Of a DNA stretch of 64,000 bases, positions 42,833 through 56,500 are shown one piece after another. The notes beneath the pieces are model-generated. The model was not told where the DNA came from. It made no database searches and was given only the letters and a program-made list of their open reading frames with translations. A program made the translations under genes and the position numbers. This DNA is from Thecamonas trahens ATCC 50062 (Eukaryota; Protista; Apusomonadida). Where the stretch lies: assembly GCF_000142905.1 (NCBI RefSeq), contig NW_013657678.1:124001-188000 (forward strand). Reading direction: 5' to 3'. Position 1 is the stretch's first letter. Each line of letters opens with the position of its first letter.

Positions 42833-45484
42833 ATGCAACGGTCCATTGCGTCGTTCTTTGGCGCCCCGACTCCCATGGACGTGGCACCCGCGTCCTCGAC
42901 ATCACCCTTGGCTGCTGCGGCGGACGCTTCCCCTTCCCGTGGCCTTCGCAACGCCCCCGCCCCGCCCTCGCCCGGCCTGCCGCATGATTCTACACCCGCC
43001 GCCAAGGCGGGCCCCTCGGCCGGCCCAGCCTCGCCCTCGCCGCGCAAGCGCAAGGCCGACACAGACCTAGCCCCAGACACAGATGCAGACGCGGATGCGG
43101 ATGTCGGTGCTCCAGGTCGGCACCCGTCCAAGAAGCGCAAAGTGCTCTCAGACTCCGAGTCGGACGACGAGGCCGACAATGGCCAGGACGCTCTGGCCAA
43201 GGGCGGAAGCGAGGGGAGCATCAAGGACGCCGTCGCTCTTGTCACCACGACTGCTGACATCACCATGCTAGCCGCCAAGGCCGAGATCAAGACCGAGATC
43301 AAGACCGAGATCAAGACCGAGATCAAGACCGAGATCAAGGCCGCGCCTTCGTCGGCAGCATCTGCATCGCCGTCGACATCGCAGGCAACCAACGTTGCGT
43401 TTACTCGCGAGCAGCTCACAGTTTTCTCTGCAGACCGGCCGGCGCCCGAAGGCGACGACGAGCCGGTAGCAACCAACATGGCCGAGGCGTACAAGGGCGC
43501 GACGTATGATCCAATCGCGGACGCGGGGTGGAAGGCCGGGGAGCCGGTGCCGTACTTGGCGCTCGCAGCGACGTTTGAAAAGATCGAGGCGACAACCAAG
43601 CGGATCGAGATCATTGCCCACCTGTGCCGGCTCTTGCGGTCGGTCATTGCCCTCACGCCGGATGACCTGCTCGAGGTCGTCTACCTCTGTACTAACCAGG
43701 TCGCGCCGTCGTTTGCCGGTATCGAGCTCGGCATCGGCGACACCGTCATCATGAAGGCCATCTGCGAGGCGACCGGGCGGACGCTCAAGTGGCTCAAGGC
43801 CGAGTACGCCGAGACAGGCGACCTCGGCGAGATCGCCGAGGACTCGCGCGGCATGCAGCAGACCATGTTTAAGCCCAAGCCGCTCACCGTCCGCAAAGTC
43901 TTCAAGACGCTCAAGGGCATTGCGCTCGAAAAAGGCCAGTCGTCGATGAACCGCAAGAAGGACCGCATCAAGTCGCTGCTCGTCGCCGGCGAGGGCTCCG
44001 AGGCGCGCTACCTCGTCCGCTCGTGCCAGGGCAAGCTCCGCATTGGCCTCGCCGAAGCCTCGGTCCTTGCGGCACTTGCCCATGCCGCGTTCTTCACCCG
44101 GCCGGCCATTGGTGACGACGGCCAGGTTCTCGACGCGTACACACAGATCAAGCCCAAGCTCAAGCTCCCGCAACTCCAGGCCGAGCTAGACGAGGCCGTC
44201 CGCATTGTCAAGGAGGTCTACTGCGAGCTGCCGTGGATGAAGGTCATTCTCGAGTCGCTGCGGACGACCGGCCTCCGCACGCTGCACGACCACTGCTACC
44301 TGCGGCCCGGCATTCCTATTCGGCCCATGCTCGCCTTCCCCACCAAGGGCATTTCGGAGGTCTTTGAGCGGTTCGGCGGCTCGGCGTTCACCTGCGAGTA
44401 CAAGTACGATGGTGAGCGGGCTCAGGTCCACCTCAAGTCGGACGGCTCGATCGCCATCTACTCGCGGTCTTCCGAGGACAACACGTCCAAGTACCCCGAC
44501 CTCATTGCCATGCTCCCATCGGCGCTGCAGGATCCAAAGGCAACAACGTCGTACGTCATCGACTGCGAGGCTGTCGCCTACGACCGCGTCACCCAATCCA
44601 TTCTCCCGTTCCAGGTTCTCTCAACCCGCAAGCGCAAGGACGTCGATGTGGCCGACATCCAGGTCCAGGTCTGTCTCTACGCCTTTGACCTCCTCTATCT
44701 CAACGGGCGCCCGCTCCTCAAAGAGTCGTTTGCCACCCGTCGGTCGCTCCTCTACTCGACGTTCAAGGCGACCGAGGGCCACTTTATGTTTGCCCACGCC
44801 AAGGACTCGTCCGACGTCGAGGAGATCCAGACGTTCCTCGAGGAGGCCGTCAAGGGCAACTGCGAGGGCCTGATGGTCAAGACCCTCGACGAGAACGCCA
44901 CCTACGAGCCGTCCAAACGCTCGCACAAGTGGCTCAAGGTCAAAAAGGACTACCTCGACGGCATGGGCGACACCCTCGATCTCGTCGTCATCGGCGCGTA
45001 CACCGGCAAGGGTAAGCGGACTGGTGTCTACGGCGGCTTCATCCTCGCATGCTACGATCCAGACTCGGAGCGCTTCCAGTCGATTTGCAAGATCGGCACC
45101 GGCTTCTCCGACGCAGACCTCGCCGCTGCTCACTCCTCGCTCGCTGCGCACATCATTCCGGCACCTCGCTCTTACTACGCCTACCCGGACCATCTCACCC
45201 CCGATGTCTGGTTCGAGCCGGCTCAGGTCTGGGAAGTCCTGGCCGCCGATCTCTCCATCTCGCCAGCCCACAAGGCCGCCGCCGGTCTCGTTGACCCCGA
45301 GAAGGGCATCTCGCTCCGCTTCCCGCGCTTTGTCCGCCTCCGTGAGGACAAAACGCCCGAAAACGCCACGTCCTCGCACCAGGTTGCTGACCTTTACCGC
45401 GCCCAGGACATCAACCACGGGTATGAGGCTCCCGCCGCTGCCGGTGACGACGGCGACGACTTTTTCGACGACGAGCTGCTCTGA
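42833..45484 (+). CDS. LIG1: DNA ligase I
   Basis: PIP box MQRSIASFF; EYKYDGERAQ; CEGLMVK; WLKVKKDY; SLRFPRF. Confidence 0.97.
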   Translation: MQRSIASFFGAPTPMDVAPASSTSPLAAAADASPSRGLRNAPAPPSPGLPHDSTPAAKAGPSAGPASPSPRKRKADTDLAPDTDADADADVGAPGRHPSKKRKVLSDSESDDEADNGQDALAKGGSEGSIKDAVALVTTTADITMLAAKAEIKTEIKTEIKTEIKTEIKAAPSSAASASPSTSQATNVAFTREQLTVFSADRPAPEGDDEPVATNMAEAYKGATYDPIADAGWKAGEPVPYLALAATFEKIEATTKRIEIIAHLCRLLRSVIALTPDDLLEVVYLCTNQVAPSFAGIELGIGDTVIMKAICEATGRTLKWLKAEYAETGDLGEIAEDSRGMQQTMFKPKPLTVRKVFKTLKGIALEKGQSSMNRKKDRIKSLLVAGEGSEARYLVRSCQGKLRIGLAEASVLAALAHAAFFTRPAIGDDGQVLDAYTQIKPKLKLPQLQAELDEAVRIVKEVYCELPWMKVILESLRTTGLRTLHDHCYLRPGIPIRPMLAFPTKGISEVFERFGGSAFTCEYKYDGERAQVHLKSDGSIAIYSRSSEDNTSKYPDLIAMLPSALQDPKATTSYVIDCEAVAYDRVTQSILPFQVLSTRKRKDVDVADIQVQVCLYAFDLLYLNGRPLLKESFATRRSLLYSTFKATEGHFMFAHAKDSSDVEEIQTFLEEAVKGNCEGLMVKTLDENATYEPSKRSHKWLKVKKDYLDGMGDTLDLVVIGAYTGKGKRTGVYGGFILACYDPDSERFQSICKIGTGFSDADLAAAHSSLAAHIIPAPRSYYAYPDHLTPDVWFEPAQVWEVLAADLSISPAHKAAAGLVDPEKGISLRFPRFVRLREDKTPENATSSHQVADLYRAQDINHGYEAPAAAGDDGDDFFDDELL
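43283..43339 (+). repeat. 12-bp coding tandem repeat (EIKT x~5) in the LIG1 N-terminus
   Basis: gagatcaagacc units. Confidence 0.9.
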
Positions 45485-45540
45485 CGCTGCAGCTGCGGTA
45501 GCGACCGAAACAGTGCGTAAACTGTCCACCCTCGACGTCA

Positions 45541-48500
45541 TCAGCCGAGCTCGACCACAGAGTCTCCGGAAGACGACGAGTCCAGCACCGACTTGCGCGG
45601 GCGGGCGGGTGGGAGCTTGACGGCTGACAACGACGAGGACGACGACGAGGACGACGACGAGGACGACGAGGAAGATGACGAGGAGGAGGCGGAGGAGGAT
45701 GCGCCGCCATCGTCGCCGTTGTCAACCGCCTTGCCGGCTTCTTTGCCAGTGGATTTCGGCTGCGAACTACGCGATCTTGCGTGCAGCGCTGAGGTAGCAG
45801 TAGGTGCAGCCGTTGCGGGCGGCTCCGTTACGTCGGCGACTGCGGCAACGGCAGCTGCTGCGCGGAGAGCAGCTGATTTTGGTGTCGCCGCATCAGCGGC
45901 CTTGTCCTTGGCCTTGGCCTTGCTCTTGGCCTTGGCCTTGCTCTTAGCCTTGGCCTTGCTCTTGTCCTTGCCTTCACGGGCACGGATCGGCTCGGCGGGA
46001 CGAGGTGGCTCGTCTGGCTGCGGCGAGCCGCCGCCACCAACCTTTTTGCGCCTCGGACGACGGATAGTGCCGTAGGCCGAGACCGACTGCAGACGAGCGA
46101 GGGCGTCGTCAATGGACGAAGTGTTGACTCGCCGCAGGGTGGAACGCGAGCCGGTACCATGTCTCAGGTTGGGTGACGAGTAGTTGAGGGCGCCAGCGCT
46201 GGCAGCCGAGGTGTTGGCGAGCAGGCCCCCGCGGCCCGCGTCCCGCGCCACTGCAAACGAGTGCATTCGCTGCATGCTCTTCTGCTTGCGCCGCCGGCGC
46301 CGCCGGGCCGATGATGTTGTCGACCGGTTCGACTCGGTTTCCAGCAGGGCGTCGATAGCATCGCGCGACCGCGACGTTGTCATGGTTGGCATGTCACCAG
46401 AAATGGACGTTCGCATGTGGAGGTTGGACGACGGGAGAGGGTCAACCGTGTTGCGGCTGTGGTCCTGGCTCGCACCACGCCGCCGCGACCTCGACCGCGA
46501 GTGCGAGTGCGAGTGCGAGCGGGAACGCGCCCGAGACCGCGACCGCGACCGTGACCGCCGTCTGCTTGAGCTGCGGTCAGAGGCCTTGCTCTTGCCCTTG
46601 CCCTTGCCCTTGCCCTTGCCCTTGCCCTTGCCCTTGCCCTTGTCTTTGGCCTTGTCCTTAGCCTTGACGTTGTCCTTGGCTGTGGCAGCATTTGCTTCGC
46701 CGATGTCAAGCACGTCAAGGGCCAGTCCGCCCTTGGGTGACGACGCCATGTTGGACTTGTAGCGGCGCATCGAGTTGACCGAGTCGTGTCCCGATGCGGA
46801 ACGGGTGAGCGGGGGAACGCCGTCGGCATCGCGCGAGGAGTTGAGCAACGACGAAGTCTCGGCAACAGTCAGCTTGCGCTGTGGGGAGCGACCGGTGGCC
46901 TTCGGCTGTAGGTTCTTCTCGCGCGCCGGCGACATGATGACAGCCGACGAGTCGAGCGACTCGAGCACATCCAGTGCCGACTGGAGCGACTGCGAGGAGG
47001 CTGCTGGAGCGGCGTCGGCGTTTTGAGCGGCAGTGCGGTCGCGGAACGCCTCCATAGCTGCCTTTTGGCCGAGCGAAGAGTGGACGACGGTGCGAACCTT
47101 GGACCACTTGGACGAGCCGCCCGCGCCTGCGGGCTTCATGCCTGCAGCAGTATCGTGCATGGCTTTGGCGAGCGAGACAGTAGCCGAGGCGGTCGAGCTT
47201 GCCGGCGACGCATCCATTTCGTGACAGAGCGCACGGACGACGTCCTTGATTTGCCGCGACTGGTCTGGGACGAGGAGCAGTCGCGAGACAGCGTCCCGGA
47301 TGTCCGGCACGCAGACCAGCGGCTCGGCGGTGGAGAACTCGAGCAAAGCGCGGAGGACTGAGAGCGCGAGGAGAACGAGCTGCGGCGACGACGAGTCTAG
47401 CGCAGCAGTGACCGACGTCACAACTTTGTGCGGAGCGGCCATGGTTGGTGAGCGGTCGAGGAGCTCGTCCTTGTCGAGCGCCAGAATCTTGCGGATGAGG
47501 AGCATGGCGTTGAACTGGGTCAGCATGTTGTCGTTGGCGGTCCAGGCCACGGCGCGCTCTAAGCCACCGAGCTCGTCGACGCAGAACCAGAGCGCGTTGC
47601 TAGCCTTGGCCAGCTCTAGGAACATGTCCAAGACAGATGCCGCGGTGAAGCGCTTCTCGTCATGGAGAAACGCGACCAGCAAGGCGCGCGGCGTCTGCAG
47701 GTACAGATGACGTGCTGGAGGTTCGGCGAGTAGCAGTCGGTCGGCGTGCTTGCTGTCGCCAACGAGGCCGACGTACATTTGCAGGACAAGCGAGAGCAGC
47801 TTCCGCTGGCCGGCCTGCAGCGAGGAGAGAGGGACGAGTTGCAGTGCCTCGAGCTGCGCAACGAGAACCTTATCACCACCGCGAGTGACCAGGAGAGCAC
47901 GGCAGCGCGGCGAGGTCTTGACCACGGCTTTGAGGCCCGAGGCGGCAAGGACTTGGGCATGGACCGACGACGAGCCGCGGATAACGTTGAGGAGCGCCAT
48001 GGCGCCGCCAGACGCTACAAGGCCGTCATGCGACCACTCGGACTTGGCCACGTACGACAGTGTCGCCAAGGCGTACGCTTGCTGACGGCCAGACGAAGCC
48101 ACCATGTGGCCGACGACAGAGCTGAGTGGAAAGGTCTCGCCGGCGTGCTCACGGACGCGGTCATTGGCGCAGAGCGCGGCCGCGAGACGGAGCACGTCCT
48201 CCAGCCACGAGTTCATCGTGTTGGCCAGGGTATCCGAGAGGGTCGACAAGCCGTTCGGCGCGAGCGGCGACGCCGGCGACGACGAGTCGAGGCAGCGCTG
48301 GATAGAGGTAAAGACGCCAAGAACGTTCATCGGCTCGAGTGCTGCCTCGGACGCTGACATGAACAGCAGCGTCTTGGCAGCGAGGGCGCGAACCTGCAGG
48401 ACGCGCGCAGTGAGCGAAGGCGGGACCAGAGCAAGGACCTCGATGGGCGGCAAGAGCGCGCCGGCGTAGCGAAGCGCGTCGCGTGCAGCCTCGTGCTGAG

Positions 48501-48782
48501 CGATGACCATGAAGACCTGCAGAGCGGCGGCCACCAGTGCCGGGTTTGCCACAAACGTCCGTGGCACATCATTGAGCAGTTCCAACGGCGAGAGCGTTGC
48601 AGCCTGCGAGTTGCGGACGGCGACGAGCTCGCGATTCAGTACTGCCGTGAGAACAGGCAGTGCGCCGGCGTGGACCACTGCCAGCGCGCCTTCCTCGCCA
48701 CGCCGCGCCGCCGTAGACAGCTGCAGGGCAAGCACCTCTTGTTCATGAGCCGCCTTTGCCTCACGCAGCCTCGCCACAATCT
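45541..48782 (-). CDS. Armadillo/HEAT-like helical protein with K/G/S/R low-complexity C-terminus; upstream exon(s) near the gap
   Basis: >1,000-aa ORF; ARM-like segments (AVVHAGALPVL, LVASGGAMALL, ELGGLERAV); TTCAG acceptor at 48783. Confidence 0.65.
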
Positions 48783-48987
48783 CTGAACAGAGGAAGGAAG
48801 CGGTGAGTTTGGGAAAGGGAGGGGGGGGAGGAGGAGGAGGAGGAGATGGGCGGCTGGAAGCGACACGCACCTTTGAGAGCCACCGACATGGGTAAGGGTG
48901 GGGAGAGGGGGGGATGGACGGACCCACGCCGGTGGAGGGAGTGAGACGGTGAAGGGGGGGGGAGGGGAGGCCGGTGGGTAGTAGGGA

Positions 48988-49087
48988 NNNNNNNNNNNNN
49001 NNNNNNNNNNNNNNNNNNNNNNNNNNNNNNNNNNNNNNNNNNNNNNNNNNNNNNNNNNNNNNNNNNNNNNNNNNNNNNNNNNNNNNN
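48988..49087. other. Assembly gap (100 N)
   Basis: N bases. Confidence 1.
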
Positions 49088-49458
49088 CGGCGTCGAACTT
49101 ACTCGTCCCTCAGTTCTTGGTCGCTTGCCCGCCCGCCGCAGCCTCCTTCGTCTCTTTCGCACCGCGGAGTTCGCACGTGCAATACAGCTCAAATAATGAG
49201 GCCGAGTCCGCGTTGCTGGCAAGACTTGCCTGCAGGTAGGTAACGCCCGAAATCGACGTGGGACTAGAGGTGGGGGGGGGGTGATCGGGTGGTTGGCGGG
49301 TCGGTGGCTGGGCGGCGCGACGGCGGAATAGCAGAGGACGGTGGGGGGGCTCGAAGGGATCCCCATCGAGGGACGAATCCAAGGGGAGGGGTGCCACCTC
49401 ACCGCGTGGAGCCGCGCCGAAAGAGGTACGGAGCAAGAAGGAAGACGTACAGAGGAGA

Positions 49459-50472
49459 ATGGTAGTGGGGGGAGCTGTGCGTGCCACGGCTGGGGCCATT
49501 TGCATGTACTGGGCTGTCTCTATCACGCTCATCTTTGCCAACAAGGTCCTCATGTCGTCGGCGGAGTACTCCATTCCGGCGCCACTGTTTGTCACCTGGG
49601 TCCAGTGCGTGGAGACGGTGGCCATTTTGTGGGCGCTGGGCATGGCCAAGGAGGCACGTCCGGACCTCCCGTTCCTGGCCCAGTTTCCTTCCCCGCGGGT
49701 TGATTCAGCCACCCTCCAGGCCGTCGCCCCGCTCTCGGTCGTCTTTGTCGTCATGATCGCTGCCAACAACGTGACGCTGATGAACATCCCCGTCTCGTTC
49801 TACAACGTCGCCAAGGCGCTCTCTGTCGTCTTTAACGTGGTGCTCGGGTACTACGTCCTTGGCTCGGTCGTCTCGTGGCGGGTTCTTGCCACGCTTGGCG
49901 TTGTTGTCATGGGCTTCCTTGTCGGCACAACTGGCGACGTCCAGCTCGACATGATGGGCACTCTGTTTGGCGTCCTCTCGTCGGCCATGTCGCCGCTCAA
50001 CTCGATCATGACTAAGAAGGTGCTTCCGCTGGTTGGTGAGGACAAGTGGGTGCTCTCGTTGTATAACAACGTCAATGCCTCGCTCCTCTTCATCCCGCTC
50101 ATGATCATCTTTGGCGAGGTTGACACCCTCCGCAGTCACACACACATTCTGTCCTCGCCGCATTACTGGGTCATCATGCTCGCCTCGGGCGTCCTCGGCT
50201 TTGCCATCGGCATTGTCATTGTCATGGTCATCAAGCACACCTCACCGCTGACCTTTTGCCTTGTCGGAGTCCTCAAGAACTCTATCCAGACCGTTCTCGG
50301 TGTTTATTTCTACGGCACAATCATGTCCTCCGGTGCCGTTCTCTCGGTCGTCCTTGTCCTCGTCGGCTCACTGCTCTACACATATGTGCGCTCGAGCGAG
50401 TCGGCCAACGAGGCCGACGTTGTCAAAACCGTCAACGGCTCCGATGACGACGATGACGAGTGCCAGGCGTAG
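49459..50472 (+). CDS. GDP-fucose transporter (SLC35C1-like nucleotide-sugar transporter)
   Basis: YWAVSITLIFANK, APLFVTWVQC, PLSVVFVVMIAANN, VSFYNVAK, YNNVNA, IKHTSPLT. Confidence 0.88.
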   Translation: MVVGGAVRATAGAICMYWAVSITLIFANKVLMSSAEYSIPAPLFVTWVQCVETVAILWALGMAKEARPDLPFLAQFPSPRVDSATLQAVAPLSVVFVVMIAANNVTLMNIPVSFYNVAKALSVVFNVVLGYYVLGSVVSWRVLATLGVVVMGFLVGTTGDVQLDMMGTLFGVLSSAMSPLNSIMTKKVLPLVGEDKWVLSLYNNVNASLLFIPLMIIFGEVDTLRSHTHILSSPHYWVIMLASGVLGFAIGIVIVMVIKHTSPLTFCLVGVLKNSIQTVLGVYFYGTIMSSGAVLSVVLVLVGSLLYTYVRSSESANEADVVKTVNGSDDDDDECQA

Positions 50473-50529
50473 TGCTGCAGGGACGGGCAGAACAGGGAGA
50501 GCGTAATGAAAAGGGATGCGCGAGTCTTT

Positions 50530-53500
50530 TTACGTTGACAATGCCGTGATGAGCGACTGTGCCCAGGTGAGCGCGTGCAGTGCCTGCTCAGGAGCGGCGG
50601 CGGATGCCTGCTGCGCCGCGGTAAAGACGAGGCTTGTTGCGACGTCGGCGGGGATGTCGAGCGCGTCCACTAGAGATGCAAAATCGACCGGAGACGGTGG
50701 TAAGGGTGCGAGGTATTGCTCCAACGTGAGCTCGGGGGTTGCGGGGGGATCTTGAGACTCGGTCTCGGCCTCGACAGCTTCAACTTCGAAAGCTTCAACC
50801 TCGGCCTCAACCTCGGCCTCGACCTCAGCTTCAGTCTCAGGCTCAGGCTCGGCAGCTTCAAGCTCGGTCTCAACATCAGCCCCGTCAGCCTCAACATCAA
50901 CCTCAACATCAGCCTCAACCTCAACATCAGCCTCAACCTCAACATCAGCCTCAGTCTCAGTCTCAGCCTCAACAGCAGCCTCGACCTCAGCCTCAGTCTC
51001 AATCTCAGGCTCGGCAGCTTCAAGCTCGGTCTCAACATCAGCCTCAACCTCGGCCTCAGCCTCAACATCAGCCTCGGTCTCAACCTCAACATCAGCCTCA
51101 GCCTCAACCTCAGCCTCAACCTCAGCCTCTGCCTCAGCCTCAGCCTCAGTCTCAGTCTCAGGCTCGGCAGCTTCAAGCTCGGTCTCAACATCAGCCTCGT
51201 CAGCCTCAACAGCAACCTCAACATCAGCCTCAACCTCAACATCAGCCTCAGTCTCAGCCTCAGCCTCAACAGCAGCCTCGACCTCAGCCTCAGTCTCAGT
51301 CTCAGGCTCGGCAGCTTCAAGCTCGGTCTCAACATCAGCCTCAACCTCGGCCTCAGCCTCAACATCAGCCTCGGTCTCAACCTCAACCTCAGCCTCAGCC
51401 TCAACCTCGACCTCGGGCTTCTTCACCTCCACCTCGGTGCCCTTGGGCATAAACGACTTGAGCAGCGCCACAACACGGTCGCCATGGTCAAGCGAGGCAG
51501 GCACAATACAGAGGCAAAGCTCATTCGGTGACAGTGAATAGAGCACCACGCCAGAACCGCCGTTGGCAGCCCGGAGCGCAGCAAGGTGCTTGCCCTTCTT
51601 ACCAACAACAAAGCCACCAAGTGCGGACGCAATCGTCACGCGCCACGCCGAGTCCAGTGCCCTTCGCTTCGCACCGATGCGCTTGAACGCAGCCTTGGGT
51701 CCGATAACACGCCGGCAGAGTTTCGACACCCCGTCAAAGACCGCGAGGCCAAGCCCAGTCACTACAACCGCCTGCCCCAGCTCCACAACTTGTGCACTCA
51801 CGTCGTCGCCAAGCTTGGCGCACGCCGCAGCCAGCTTGGCCCTATCGACGCCAGCCCGTACAGGCACTTGCACAGCAACACGATCTGCAGGCAATGCCTC
51901 GCAGAGCACAGAAAAGAGGACAGGGGCAGGGGTTTGCGGCCCAATCAGCCACCGTACGCCGTTGCTCAGCACAGAGCTGCTCGAAGCCGCAGCCTGCGGC
52001 CGGATTCCGATCCGCACACGATCCCGTGCGTCCGCACCAGCCTGCACCACCCACTTGTTCTTCAGCTGGCTGTCTAGTCCGCGCGCAGGCCCTGCAGCAA
52101 GCTCAGTAGCTGTTGCCCGTCCAAGCACACGCTCAAACATGAGACCAAACACTCGCCGGACCCGCGCAATGCGCCCTGAGAGAACCAGCGTGTCTTCACC
52201 AGCCTCGAGCACGCCGGCCTCGCGGTGGTCATCAGGGAAGAGCGGGACGTCGGGTGACACATTCAACTCCGCCAGCCCGGCGCGCTCCAACGAGAGGCGC
52301 ACTCGCTCCGACGCGTCCGCAACAGACAGAACAGCAAATGCAGCTTCAGCAGCAAGCGCAACGCTCTGCCCGCGGACAGACGCTTCCACAAACTCCCCGT
52401 GCTCGGCCACACTCACAAAGCTCTCATTCTCGCGGCTGGCAGCCCTCGCCGCAGCAGCAACCTTCTTGGCCACGCCCTTGCGCCGAACCACGCTCACACG
52501 ACACACCACCGGACCACACGCCTTGCCCGCCCGCTCCCGCGCCACAGAAGCAGGCACCGCTCCAGCGGCGGCGGCAGCAACCTCAGGCCCGCCTTCCGCG
52601 CCCGCCACACCCGCCAGTGCAACCACAACGTCTGCCGCTCGCCCGCAGCACACAAGCCGCTTGCCGTCGACACGCGCCGCAATCTCGCACGCCAGTGCAG
52701 CATCCAGCGCAGCTTCGACATCACCAGCACAAAAGTCAACGACAGCCCGCGTGTCGGGCTTCACCCCTGCCACCTGCCCGACCATGCGCGCGAGTGCCAT
52801 GACCACAACAGGCACGGAAGCGCCCGATGCTGTCACCACAGCAAACAGCGCCTGCGAGGTGACATAAATATTCGCCCCAGTCGTGCTCTTCACCTCTTTC
52901 AAATGCCGGCCCTTCTTGCCCAGCAAGATGCCCGTCAGCGACGCTGGAAGCCGCAGCCGTCCCTCGGGCGACCTCGACCCGCAACCAAGAGTGGTCATCA
53001 CGTTGGCAGAGCTCAGCCCCAGCGCCGTGCAGGCACTAGTAATGACCTCAGTCACGCTGCCGGCCCAGCTCCCGAGCTGGCCTGCGACAAGACGCACATT
53101 CCCACACGCTTGGCGCGGCAGTGCATTCAGCACAAGCCCAGCTCCCGCAAGATACATATCGGGCCCACACACCGCCGAACTCGCACCAGGCCCGGGATGG
53201 AGAATCAGCCGAGCCGTCTGCTCGTCCGTTGCCACACCAGCAACCACGTGAGTCTCGCGCCACCTCTTCACTCTCGCTCTCGTACCATTCATGGGGACAT
53301 GATCAGGCTGAAAGATTATCTCCAAAGATTGGTCAGACTCTTCCTATTTCAGTAAAAAACATCATCTCATGCACACGACGCATCAGCTCGTGCCAGCTCT
53401 CACACCTCCCGCACCTCGTAAACACATACCTTGCCGCCGACACCTTCAGCCTTGTCCTAATACTCATGAACAGCTCCCGCATGAATGTGAGTATTCGCCC

Positions 53501-56500
53501 CCTCACGCCGCAGCAACTTCAACACGATGGCAACGATCAGTGGATTGACAGATAATCGTTTTCGTCCCCATCGGTTTGTAAGACTTAGATGTCCTGATGA
53601 TTTGGGTCATCATCTCGTTGCAAACAGCCCCAGCACTCTCTCGCGACGATGCTCACACACTCTCCAACATACCTTGCCACTTCCTGTACGCGGAACCTGT
53701 AGCGCCAATTCGGTCACGCCGGTGACCAAAGCCTGCAGCCGCTTGCGACGCGCAAGTACCTCATGCGCAGCCTTTGCCGGCACCTCGATCGTCCACCACG
53801 CCTTGCTCTCATGCGCCAAGCTCGGCGCCTCAGCCATCTCCACCGCGCTATCAAGCTCAACGCCGCAGTGCTGGGTCAGACACGCCGCGAGCTTGCCAAT
53901 CGATTCAAACGTCCACTCGGCCTGTGGCTCCCCAGAAAGCTGTGGAAGCACTCGCTCCATGAGCACCTCCACCTCGGCCAGCTCACGTCGCACAATCTGA
54001 GCAACCTCGCCCAGCGCAAACAAGACGTCACGCAACGCGCCGAGCATCCAGATCTTGCGACTTTTCGTCCACTGCGTTACCTTTGGATGACGCATCGCAA
54101 TCAGTGCACTGCGCACACCATCAGGCACACTCACACGCACACGAACAAGGGAGCTCGGGAGGAGCAGAGTCCGGTACACAACGCCTTCACCACGGTGGAC
54201 CAGCGCAAGTCCCGCAAGTGCAAGCAGCGCTCGCTCCGCATCACGTGATGAGCCGTCAAGTACCACACATGGCAGCGCGCCCTTGTCAAGCACCGCGTCG
54301 AGACATGAGTCCACAAACCCGCGTCGGGCCGCGGCCATCAGCTCTGCGCCGCTGGCGCCGGGAAGCCAGCTGTCGACGAAGTCGGCCTCTACAACCACCG
54401 GCGTGTCTCGAGTAGCCCGCGCAAGCAGCGCCTGTAGAGCCTGTGCCAGCACCACCGGCGAGTTGGCCGAAACCCCAAACTGAGTCGAAGAAATGCGCGC
54501 AAGATTAAGCCTGCTGTCGGAGTACTGAGCCTTGATCTCTGCAATCATGCTCTTCTGATCCTTGCCCACCATTCGCCCGAGCAGCTGGGCCGAGCCGATA
54601 GACAACACAGCGGCAACTGGCAACTGCCCGCACACCACTCCGCCAAGCGCCACAGCAACCTTCTCGGCTGCAACGCGAAGTACAACCGGCATCTCGCCGG
54701 TGACCACCAAGCGCGGAAGTGATAACGAAGACATCTCCACCACCCCTCGCGTCGCCTTACCTCTTACCAGCCTCACCATACCACCTCTCAAGGCGTCGTC
54801 ACGCGAAAGAGCAATCTCCATGCGCACCGCCTTGCCTCGTCGCGGCTTGGCGCACAGGCGCGTCAAGCTGACAAGCACCTTAACGAAAAAGTCCAGCGCG
54901 GCCACCGCCGGCACGCCGGCAGGCAACCTCAGCTGCCAAGAGCTGCCGGTCCGAACCACATTAAACACCATATTTGATCCGAGCTCAGGCAGAGCCACCT
55001 TGCGGAGACTCATCTCACTGTGAAGGCCCGAGGTAAGACTGCGCGAGATCGGGAGCGCGAGTGTGTGCTGCGCTAGCCCTGCCAGCGTCTCGGCCTTGCC
55101 AAATATCGCAACAAGCTCAAAAAACGCCTCCAGGACCGCACCCGGCGCACCGCTGATTCGGACTAGCGAGCCCACAACATGGTGGAGCACGCTGTCCCAG
55201 GCGAGTCTCGCCAGCTTCTCGGACGCGCCATCACACGGCGGCAGACGTAGCATAAGTGCCACTTGTTCGCCTTGTGGCCGCGTCGCTTTCAGTTCGGCCA
55301 GCATTGAGCGCACTGCCTGACATTGCCCAGTCAGGCCCGACACTCCGCTCTCCTTGACTTGGATGTGCGCAAGTCCCGAGCCCGATGACATCTGCAGCAC
55401 AAGCTGCGCCCCGGTCTCGCGCTCAAGCTCCTTGAACTTGGCCCGCTTCCCGCCAGCGAGCAGCGCGCCGCTCGATCGTGGTGTAGTGAGCACCATGTCC
55501 GAGCTGACCTCGACCGGTGGCACCTCCGCGCCCAAACAGGCCAGCGCGCTTGCCACCACCGAGAACAGCTCACCTTCATGAACTGCCACACAAGCACCGG
55601 AGAAACTGTCGGTCCACACCGCGTGGCTTTCCGGCACCGCGGGAATCTGGAGCCAGGCGTGCTCGGCTGGGTCCAGTCGTCTCAGGATGCCCAGCAGTGC
55701 GGTGGCCCGGACGTCGTCGGCCTCGCCCGCGAGCGCCACGTCTACGAATTTGCCCGCAAAGACAAAGTGAAGTGTGGCACCAGACGCAGCCTCGATCGCC
55801 TTCTTGATGACCGCCCGTCGCCCCAGCAGCACGGCTCCGGCACGTGCCGAGATCCGCAGCGTCCACGCTGCCATGTCAACCGAGACAATCGGACACCCAG
55901 GCGCCGCCAAGTGGTGCAGCGCCCAGAGAACAGTCCGGATGCTATCGGCCGACGCTACCAGCACCGCGTTGTCGCCATGGCTAGATAATTGACCGTCACC
56001 TAGCACCTCCAGGGCCTGTACATGATACGCAAACGGGGAAAAGGGTGAGTCGCTCGTGGCTTGCAAAGCAATGACATCCAGGGAGAAGATTAAGCAGTAG
56101 TCGGCGTCGTGGTAACCATCAGACAAGCACAAAGTCTCCTCAAGGATGAATAAGAAGAACGAAAGTTATTGAAAAGTGAAATCATCATATGGGGACGACA
56201 AACAGATACGGCCTGACTGCGGCAAGGAGCGCATAGCCACAAGGCAGCGGTGAGAGACAGGGGAAAGAAAATGGGGGAAAGGAAAGAAAAGAAAACATAC
56301 CTCGATCATCTCGTGTCCCCAAGATGTCGGCAGATGAAGCGCCACACTGGCATTAGCCAGCTGGGATGCAAGAGCAAGCATCATGCGGAGAACAGCGACC
56401 GAGCCGCTCGCCGACTCGACAGCAAACTCGACGACCGGCCCGTGCGAGACAAAACGGAGCACCACAGGCGCCACGCCTTCCAAGCTCTTCGCGCCGAGCA

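Noticed and set aside
50755-51420. Repeat with recurring ~40-bp unit as a possible CRISPR array
   Set aside because: The intervening sequences are the same hexamer repeat rather than unique spacers; it is in-frame coding, eukaryotic, and there are no cas genes.
50670-51531. ORFs of poly-RL, poly-QP and poly-SL/NL
   Set aside because: Alternate-frame and antisense shadows of the acidic minisatellite.
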